In this document: positions 45,550 to 54,130 of the stretch, piece after piece
How the letters are laid out: every line of letters begins with the position of its first letter
How positions within the stretch are numbered: the stretch's first letter is position 1
DNA from: Stramenopiles sp. TOSAG23-2
Lineage: Eukaryota
Assembly (NCBI GenBank): GCA_900128395.1
Contig: LT649261.1
Location: forward strand, 1 to 54,130
Length of the DNA stretch: 54,130 nucleotides
Direction of reading: 5' to 3'
Notes under the pieces: model-generated
The model's database searches: none
What the model saw: the letters and a program-made list of their open reading frames with translations, nothing else
Told to the model about the DNA's origin: nothing
Program-made: the position numbers and the translations under genes

Positions 45550-47282
45550 ATGGAAAATAACAACGGAAATGAGATACAATACAAAGGTAAAAATCGTAAC
45601 TCATGGATAAATGATGATACAAACAATGATAATATTAGTGATGACGGACGCAATGCTAGCAAAACTACCAAACAATCAACCCCTGTAAAAAATTTATCTG
45701 AAAATAATAATAACAACAATAAACGAATATCGCGCTGGTTTGTTTCTAATCAAAAAACTGAAGCATGGGATGAAAACAAATTAAATAAGTTGCATATACT
45801 GATTATAGCCTTATTATTAATTATGTATACATGTCACGTCGTTGCTAATCCATTTGTAAAAGTTGTTGAAGATCAAACATTTATAATTATTTTGAAGACA
45901 GTTGAAAGTATATGTTTAGTTCTAGGAATAGTATGTTTATTCCTTATGTGGAATGTCAATGGAAGTTTTACAGCTGCGAAACTGTTATTCGACAAAACTA
46001 GCGTACGAACGTATATTTATATATTTTGGATTCTTCGATCATTTATAATTGAACTTTTAAAAGGTCAAATATTGTACAGTTTTGTCCTTGTATTTCATAG
46101 TATTGTCATATATTCAAGTGATATATGGTACTTATGCAATCAAAAATGTTTAATTTTCAATGTATTGGTATTTTTGTTAGTAATTGTATACGAATTTTGT
46201 ATATCCATATCACCATTTGGACCCGACAAACCGTCGTGGATGTTTATGAATATTAAAACAACAGCAAATAGTTTGTCCCGATCAAATCAATTTAATATAT
46301 TTGTAATATTTTTAGATGCATTAATAATAATAATATATGATTTAAAACGATCAAAGTTTGTGATGTTGACAAAAATGCGAAAGCGTGTTACTTTTATAGT
46401 ATCAACAGACTTGAAAATCAAATTGACAAGGTTGTGGAAAGCTGTGGCCTTTTTTGCTTGCGTTAATTGCGTAATCTTCCTGTTATCGAATTTACTGTTT
46501 CCACTTCAAACTGTTGCTAATATTGCAATGCCGTTTATATTTGTAGTCACTTGCTCAATATATACCACAATATTGTGGTACAGCAGTACAGGTAGTAATG
46601 CAAAGAAAATTTTATGTAAACTTCTACAAGAACGAAGGGTTCTCTTTATGATCTTATTGTTAGGAATTCTTTTTTACATAGATAATATTTTTGGAAATTT
46701 GTCTGCTGCAGGTATTATATTTCCACTGGCGATGTTAATGTATATGAGTTTTGATATAATTAATGGATTCTTTCCCAAACGAGTCGCACAAATTACTGTA
46801 ATCGTTATGGTATTAGTATTAGTATATAGCATTTTTAACCACACGCTTTTAAAACAAGATTGTACAAATGAAAATATGATGTTGAAATGGGGAATTTATG
46901 GCCAAAAGATAAGTTATTGTACAATTAAACGAATGATATATCAAACCATGCTTTCTTTAATCATATCAGCTGCAATTGGAACAATATCAGGTAATTCAAG
47001 TAAGTTTGTCCTTATTTTTATATATAACTTGATAATTTCTCTTTTCTTTCTTTCTTTACTAACTTTTTTTTAATTGATTTGGTTATGGAATTTCCCAAAA
47101 CAGAAAATTTGTATTTTTGTAATGTAAATATTCATAGATCAACCGGAACAAGTAGTCAAAGGGAAATTAGCGCACGTTATGTACGAAGCATGATGATGGA
47201 GAAACGAAATGGTGGTAAAAAGGGCGAAGTAGAACCAAAAGAAATCACGATAAACAACACAGTTAACGATAATGTATTTTGA
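45550..47282 (+). CDS. Polytopic membrane protein with two internally related halves; intron ~47000-47103
   Basis: More than 10 hydrophobic helices. GTAAGT(47000)...ACTAAC...CAG(47103) joins to NLYFCNVNIHRSTG in frame. Confidence 0.8.
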
Positions 47283-47800
47283 TATAAAATAAAATGAAAG
47301 AAAAAAAAGTATATGTGTATCTCATGTGAAATAAACAGTATTTTTAGAACTGTATAAATGTTTTATTTTTAAATCTAAAAGTCTGCCCAGGTATACAAGC
47401 TAGAGCTTAGCTATTATCACTACACAAGCCTTAAAAATATACATACTTAATAAGAAGTACCTAGTACAACTTCGAGTCAAAATCGTAAAAAAAAGTCTAG
47501 TGGCACAGTGAGAGAAAAAGAAATGTAGCTACTATGAACATAGCACTAACCCCTGTGATAGATAAAATTATATACATTAGTAGTACATATATTAGTACTC
47601 TCTCTGATTCATTGCCGCACATCATCAATCTTTGAAAACACTTATTATACCTATTTGTCGTTATTTTTTTTCAGAAGAAATATATATGTACATATTTATC
47701 ATTCAATCTGAAAAAAATATACAAACAATAGTAGAGAAACAAAGGAATACAAATATATATATAATAACAATATTAACAAAAAAAAATATTTTACAACAAT

Positions 47801-50800
47801 ATGCCATTGAATAAACCATCAAATCAAGGATATTCAGCCGTATTTGCTGCGCAGAAAAAAAATCGTGGTGCATATGGTAGAAAGAATATTGGTGAAGCAA
47901 CGAATTATAAAGAATTATCTGTACAAAATTATGCTGTATTAACGGCTGAAAGGTTACAACGTGAAAAAGAATTAAGAGCTGAAACAGCAAAACGTCGTAA
48001 AAGACAACGGAAGCGTGCTCAGCAAGCAAAACGAGCGGAAGAAATTGCTAGAGACAAAACGTTAAAGGAGCGAAAATCAAAGAAGAAGAACTATGTCAAT
48101 TATTTACGTGGACATTTCACAAAAGTCACAGTAAATAAATTTGAAAGCCCAAGAACAAAAGTTCAAAAAACGATTGATTCAATGACGAAAAAAGAGTTTA
48201 TTGGTAATAATCATCGTCAATATAGAAAGGAATGCGAACCACATGAACTGAAAGGATTAAAACAACAAGAGCAAGAACGGTTACAAACACAAAATAGAAG
48301 GATTGCAGCACGCAACGACGTAGAAAACCAACACTTACTAAATAAACAAGCGTTTATTAGTCAAAAAGAAGTACGCCACAACTCCAAATCATTACTCCAA
48401 CATTTACGTCAACAAATGAAAAATAAAGAGGAAGTCAATGATGAAGATGGCAATATGAAATCCGGCAATGTCGGTTTGAATTCAAGCAGATTAGGGGCAT
48501 TGGATTTAAATATTGGATTACAACGTACGAAAAAGCCAAAAAAAAGAAAAAAGAAGAAGTGGAAAAAGAAAAAATTGCAACAACGTACGGTAAATGATAG
48601 CTTGAATGAAGAGATTATTGAGGAAGATGAAAATTTAATCAATATGTTAGAACAACAGGAAGAGGAATTTGGAATGATTGATTCTTTGCATGATTCACTT
48701 GCGGAGGAAGTTGAAGAAAATCTAATTGGAAACGATAAAGAAAAAAATATATCCAAACACAATGAAAAAAAATATACAAAAATTGTATCTTCACCATCGT
48801 CAAAAAACTATGAAGTTATTGTTGATGAAAATATTAAAAATTGTAATAATAATAATAATAATAATAATGGTTCAAAGCAAGAGATGGCTGGCAAAGATAA
48901 TAATAATAGTCCATGGAAATTGACCACTGAGCACGAACCATCTAAATTATTTGATAGTTTAGATTTGTCAATGTCTATGAGACAATCCATAAATATGGAA
49001 TTACGACGTAAAGTTGAAGAAGAAGATGATGATGAAGATGATGAAGAAGACGCGGAATATAATGTTGTAAATGAAAAATCAAAACGTTTCCTACCAAAAC
49101 AATATATTAATACTAATAATATTAAAAACAAACCAAGTGCAAATGCATTAACACCGTCCAAAATTCAAGAAGAAGAGCAAGCGAAGCAGCGAATGCAAAT
49201 ACAATATCGTCAACAGCAACAAGATTCCTCATTTCCATTGAAAAATAAAAAGTATCAAAATCCAAGATCAATGGTTCAAACGGAATTTCTTTTAGATGAT
49301 AAATATGCAATTATAGAAAAACAACGTTTAAAGCCTTCGTGGTTACGTAAAAAGAAAAAGAAACAAACTCCATCTGTGGGTAAAGAAAACCAAAGTGTTG
49401 CATCAAATTATACAGGTAGCGTGAGGAGTTTTAAAACTACTTCAAGGCCTTCATCTAAAAAGCCATGGGGGCGTGGAAAATTAAGCAAAAAGCAAAAAAT
49501 GGCAATGGAAGCAACGAAAAGACGCAAACTATATGAAGAAACGTTGAAAAAACGTTCAGAGCAGGAGCGTATACAACGTCGAAACACGTTGAAACAAAAA
49601 AGACGACCAGTTTCATCATCACGTTTCGAACAAAATTATAACCACAATCCTCGTCGTGATAATCAAAACACCCGCCATAATTATGAACATGAAAGACATC
49701 ATAATGCAACTACAACAGGCGAATCAAACATGTCTTATCGCCGCCCAAATTCAACTGGAACGTATGGAACAACATATTTAGAAGAGCAATTGCCGCCAAG
49801 TCGTTACGGGAGGAACAGAGCAACTTCAAATAATAATATGAATCGACACAATAATCTTCAACGTGAAAGCACAAACACTACCAATACCATGGATTATCAA
49901 CATGCAAAAACCAAATCATGGATAGAAGAGCATGCACAATATTCATTAAATCGAAGACCAGCAAGTACACGCCGAGCACGTTCCGAGGTTAGTGTTGCAG
50001 AAACAGCAATGACCAATTATACAACCAGTAAAAGTGATAGTAACACAGCTATAGTCAGAAGAACACATGTACAGCAACGATATGGTAGTGCACCAAATAG
50101 TAGATCCTCCAATAATAGACATAGAGGAACAAGTAATAGAAACTATAACAGCAACGGGAAAAATCGAAGCAAATCAGCAAGGAATCGTCAAGTATCTAGA
50201 AGACCAACGCCACAAATTTTTAAACATTACAACCCAAGTGATGAATCTATTGAAGAGGAGAAGATTAAAGCATCAATAGAGCGTTTGGAGGATCGTTTAA
50301 AATCTAAACAAATTATGGCATTACGTCGAGGTTCCAGTGCAACCTTGCGTGCTGCTGGTTCTCGGTATTTAGAAGATAGGAGTAGAACAACGACGTTAGG
50401 AAATCAACAATATTCAACGCAACAACAAAGTGCAATGGCACCAGTAGTAGTTGAAAATCATCATCATCATTATAATTACAATCGTAATGATAACAACATG
50501 AGCAACAACAACAACAATAATAATAATAATGGAAATGTAATTCGCCCATTACCTAGCTTTAACAACAGTGCTATTGATTCAAAAAATATACATTATGTAA
50601 ATAACAACAGAAGAATGCAACCACCTAGATCACCTGGCCCGCCGCCGCCACCGCCAATGGAATATGAAAGCAATACGAACAGTAGTGCGGTTAAAAAAAT
50701 CAACCATTTTTATTATCAGGAGAATGATATTGCTGGATCTCAACAATCACAATACCAAAAATCACAACAAATAGAATCACAACGCCAATTACCTCCTGGT

Positions 50801-51082
50801 TTGGATTCAAAATCATTGCAACCTTGTCATATAATGCAACAGCAGAATTCGTATGCAAGTTTGAAAAAAAAGGAAAAGAATTTGCGTGCAAATCTTCGTC
50901 GTAAGAAAGATAGAAAAAATATTCCAAATCGTGTACAAGCGAAGCCGCAACAGTCTGTTGCAAGCTCGATGCAAACAACAACAACAACACTGTTTGAAGA
51001 TGTTATTAATGAGGAGAAAGGCAAAAGTGGTGTATTAGTGAATGAAAATAATTTACATTTATTGATGACACCAAAGCGGTAA
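47801..51082 (+). CDS. Large low-complexity/coiled-coil protein of unknown function
   Basis: 1093-aa ORF rich in N/Q/K/R/S with poly-N and poly-P tracts. Confidence 0.8.
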   Translation: MPLNKPSNQGYSAVFAAQKKNRGAYGRKNIGEATNYKELSVQNYAVLTAERLQREKELRAETAKRRKRQRKRAQQAKRAEEIARDKTLKERKSKKKNYVNYLRGHFTKVTVNKFESPRTKVQKTIDSMTKKEFIGNNHRQYRKECEPHELKGLKQQEQERLQTQNRRIAARNDVENQHLLNKQAFISQKEVRHNSKSLLQHLRQQMKNKEEVNDEDGNMKSGNVGLNSSRLGALDLNIGLQRTKKPKKRKKKKWKKKKLQQRTVNDSLNEEIIEEDENLINMLEQQEEEFGMIDSLHDSLAEEVEENLIGNDKEKNISKHNEKKYTKIVSSPSSKNYEVIVDENIKNCNNNNNNNNGSKQEMAGKDNNNSPWKLTTEHEPSKLFDSLDLSMSMRQSINMELRRKVEEEDDDEDDEEDAEYNVVNEKSKRFLPKQYINTNNIKNKPSANALTPSKIQEEEQAKQRMQIQYRQQQQDSSFPLKNKKYQNPRSMVQTEFLLDDKYAIIEKQRLKPSWLRKKKKKQTPSVGKENQSVASNYTGSVRSFKTTSRPSSKKPWGRGKLSKKQKMAMEATKRRKLYEETLKKRSEQERIQRRNTLKQKRRPVSSSRFEQNYNHNPRRDNQNTRHNYEHERHHNATTTGESNMSYRRPNSTGTYGTTYLEEQLPPSRYGRNRATSNNNMNRHNNLQRESTNTTNTMDYQHAKTKSWIEEHAQYSLNRRPASTRRARSEVSVAETAMTNYTTSKSDSNTAIVRRTHVQQRYGSAPNSRSSNNRHRGTSNRNYNSNGKNRSKSARNRQVSRRPTPQIFKHYNPSDESIEEEKIKASIERLEDRLKSKQIMALRRGSSATLRAAGSRYLEDRSRTTTLGNQQYSTQQQSAMAPVVVENHHHHYNYNRNDNNMSNNNNNNNNNGNVIRPLPSFNNSAIDSKNIHYVNNNRRMQPPRSPGPPPPPPMEYESNTNSSAVKKINHFYYQENDIAGSQQSQYQKSQQIESQRQLPPGLDSKSLQPCHIMQQQNSYASLKKKEKNLRANLRRKKDRKNIPNRVQAKPQQSVASSMQTTTTTLFEDVINEEKGKSGVLVNENNLHLLMTPKR

Positions 51083-51300
51083 AAAAATATGATATACGAG
51101 AGTAAAAAAAATGTTTCTGGTGAAAAAGTAGATTAATCACACATGTATGTGCCTTTTTATTTTAATTATATCATATCATGTATATACTACTATATGTACA
51201 TATTAATATTTATATACGTAACATTTTATCATGTACACACGAAGAAAATATAAATATATATGACATATTTACATATCCTATAGATGGCTTTATTAAATAT

Positions 51301-52397
51301 TCACCAATTATTTAAACTTGCTCGTTTTACATTATTCTTCTCATTTACATTTTTTTTTCGATTTCCATATACTTCATTTAATATTTCCTTTACATCATCA
51401 TCCTTGTCTTTCTGTTCAATTTCTTTTACACCTTCTTCTACTTTAAAATGGTTCTTTGCTGCTTTAAAAAATGCATCAACCACTTCTTGACTTTCTTCTT
51501 CCGCATCAATATCTGGATTTTCAAAATATCTTGTACCAAGGCCTGCGATTTCCCCACCAATTCGAACTAAAGGAATTCCATTTTGTTTTCGCCATGTATT
51601 GGAATCACGTAAACTATATGAACAACCACAATATTCTTGTTTATAGAATTTTTCCTCAGCTGATATTTCATATTTACGTTTAGTGAATGTATCTGTTTTC
51701 CATTGCCGTATCCAAAATTTAGGGACTTTCGTATTATCAATATTGCCCTTTATCGATAACATTAATAAATCTTTTGCTACTTTTAACCCAGCCCCATCAA
51801 CTTATTTGTTGTTGTGAAACCATCAAACCCATGTTTCAAAGCATAGTGTGCTGTTACTTCCATTCTCATATCAAAACATGCAACACACCTTGTACCAAGG
51901 CGCTCTGGGTCATTTTCTAAGCCCCGCATTCTTTCAAACCAGCTGCGTGCATCATAATCACAATCAATAAATGGCCGATTATATTTTCTAGCATATCGTT
52001 TATTTTCTTCTTTACGTATTTCATATTCTTTTTTTGGGTGTATATTTGGATTATAAAAGAAAATAGTAACATCATATTTTTCTTTTAACATTTGTTCAAA
52101 CATCGCACCACTACAAGGAGCGCAACATGAATGCAATAAAATTTTTGCATTCAAAGGTGGTGGATTATCACTATCATAAAAATGAGATGCTTGTGGCGAT
52201 GATTTAATTTTTTCAATTGTTACATTATTATCATAATTCTTTTCATCATATTTAATTTCCAATGCTGTACCTTTTGAAATTGGCTTTGCTTTGTTTCTAT
52301 TTTCTGGCATATCTACAGCTTTAAATTTTACAGCCACATCGTTGGCGTTTTCCTCCTTTCCATTCTTATTGTTATTATTAGATGCGCTATTTCCCAT
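51301..52397 (-). pseudogene. queH: Epoxyqueuosine reductase QueH (DUF208) homolog, frameshifted by an apparent deletion at ~51803
   Basis: [28 protein letters not shown] and FTTTN lie in one frame; VDGAGLKVA...FYKQEYCGCSYS lies in another. The usual S(R/P)xK segment after FTTT is missing. Confidence 0.8.
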
Positions 52398-52611
52398 GGT
52401 ATAGAAGATTACTGAATTATCAACAAGATAGTGAGAATGTCTTGCATATGTATTATGTAATTTGTATTACAGAAATAATTTATTTTATTTTATAAATTAA
52501 AATACAGGGTAATAATAATTTATGAGGAGCGGCGCGGCGAGTTGTTTTTGGTTCAAAAAAATAAAAACAAATATACTCATGTATACAAACACATATACTC
52601 CCAACATCTCA

Positions 52612-53865
52612 TCATCTTTTACTAACTTTTGCTTTACCACGATCATCTTGAACGACAACATAACAGGATTTGTTTCTTTTGCCATTTGCTAATATCTTAT
52701 CACGAACTTCTTTGGAAAATGAATTGCCTTGTAAATCAAATCCACGTAATTTATATAATGGTAAATTTTCAGCAATTTCAAATCCACCTTTATCACCTAC
52801 ATTTGCGCCAGAAATCGATAAAGTTACCAATGAACATTTGTCATGAATTAAACCTTTCGCGATAGCTATTGCACCATCATCCGATACTTTTGTTCCACTT
52901 AGGAACAATTCAGATAATATATGCAACAAATTATTATTTACAATTGATATTACTCCATCATTGGATATAAGACGATTTCCAGACAAGGACAAAATGGTTA
53001 ATGAAGAAAATATTTTTGATGATGTTGAAAATGCTTCAGCAAATTTTATTATTGAAATATTTGATAAACCATTTCGATCAAGATATAACGATTTTAAAGA
53101 TGAAGGTAAAGCATTTTTTGTTTCCTTTAATTTATTTGCTAAGATAGACAATCCTTTATCACCAATTGAATTATCAGATAATTTTAGTTTTTCCAATTGG
53201 CATAAAATAGTGGCGGTACTACTACTAGTAGTAGAAGATATTATCAAACAATTACTAATTGTTGACATCGTTTTTTCTCCGAGTTTATTTTTTGATAAAT
53301 CTAACTCAACTAAGTTAAATGTTTTGGATGGTTGTATTGTACAAAATTTCCCAATTGTATTTGGCATTCTATCTTTAAAATTATGATTTGCAATAGACAG
53401 ACTTGTTATTTTTGGCGACGAGCTATTATTTTCGCTATTGTTGCTGTTAAATTCATCGGGAACTTCCCAAACACTTTCATGGGTGTTTCCATTGTAATAA
53501 TAGATTTGTCCATCATCATTTTCAATTTTTTGCCAAGGTTCACTTGCTTCAATAATATTCATAAGTTGATGTAATTCCAATAATTGTTTCTCTGAAAATT
53601 GATAAGGGACAATAACTTTGTGATATTTTTCTTGCACATTTTGCTTATGGTTCTTACGCATTTTTACGTAACTCATATCCAATACTTTTAATCGTTTTTT
53701 ATTTACTATTTCCATTGCTTCTTGATATATTTTTTTTACATTTTTGACATTGTTAAGTTCAATATTTTCTTCAGTATGATCATTAGTTTCTTCAATATTA
53801 TATTTCTTCTTGTTTCTATCGGATACCTTTTCTTTCCAATATCCACAAGATGCGCCCATCCCCAT
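52612..53865 (-). CDS. WW domain plus RNI-like LRR protein, possibly N-myristoylated
   Basis: MGMGASCG N-terminus, WQKIENDDGQIYYYNGNTHESVWEVP, and LxLSxNxIGDxG repeats. Confidence 0.85.
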   Translation of the reverse strand: MGMGASCGYWKEKVSDRNKKKYNIEETNDHTEENIELNNVKNVKKIYQEAMEIVNKKRLKVLDMSYVKMRKNHKQNVQEKYHKVIVPYQFSEKQLLELHQLMNIIEASEPWQKIENDDGQIYYYNGNTHESVWEVPDEFNSNNSENNSSSPKITSLSIANHNFKDRMPNTIGKFCTIQPSKTFNLVELDLSKNKLGEKTMSTISNCLIISSTTSSSTATILCQLEKLKLSDNSIGDKGLSILANKLKETKNALPSSLKSLYLDRNGLSNISIIKFAEAFSTSSKIFSSLTILSLSGNRLISNDGVISIVNNNLLHILSELFLSGTKVSDDGAIAIAKGLIHDKCSLVTLSISGANVGDKGGFEIAENLPLYKLRGFDLQGNSFSKEVRDKILANGKRNKSCYVVVQDDRGKAKVSKR

Positions 53866-54130
53866 GTTACTAGTCCGATATGGAGTAAATTAATATATCG
53901 ATATATAGATACACGTGCATATTGTTTTTCTTTGAAATGCAAAGAGAAGAAATGGTTTTGTAAAAAACAACTTTTACTTTTATACTATTATTCTGTATTA
54001 GTAATTGGAGTAATAGTAACTAGTTCTCCCTAATAAAAAAAAAAAGGCTGTGATGTCGTGATTTCGTGATTTCATTCGAGTGTTTTAATTTTAAATAGGA
54101 AATGTTTGATTTTTATACTTATTAGTATAC

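Noticed and set aside
1475-54033. Numerous 60-140-aa ORFs overlapping larger genes or in AT-rich spacers
   Set aside because: They are antisense or alternate-frame shadows, often with TTG/GTG starts and I/Y/F-rich composition typical of non-coding AT-rich DNA.

Overview
AT-rich, gene-dense, intron-poor eukaryotic genomic DNA with GT-AG introns and CTAAC branch points. It probably comes from a flagellated protist, plausibly a stramenopile (inferred from DRC2/CCDC65 and the TM-LRR and TM-Cys-rich receptor families). About 22 genes or gene fragments are present: farnesyltransferase beta, WDR54, DRC2, a calmodulin-like protein, GST, a GSTCD-like methyltransferase, B-box, MORN, EF-hand and LRR proteins, plus frameshifted GT8 and QueH genes. 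The standout is 34280-42586. The ORF-free ~155-bp 'satellite' at 34985-38557 is a chain of near-identical spliceosomal introns (GTAAGT...ACTAAC...TAG) separated by 21 three-nucleotide, single-codon microexons (AAT/TAT/GAT/CAT/CGT), in two arrays of 4 and 17. They sit in phase 0 at the turn before the GGG motifs of beta-helix repeats in a ~1600-aa multi-pass surface receptor. This could be a codon-by-codon combinatorial splicing diversification system. The locus is flanked by ~410-bp direct repeats and lies near a CCC...GGG MITE with a CTAG target-site duplication. Many 70-190-bp local tandem duplications occur across the window.
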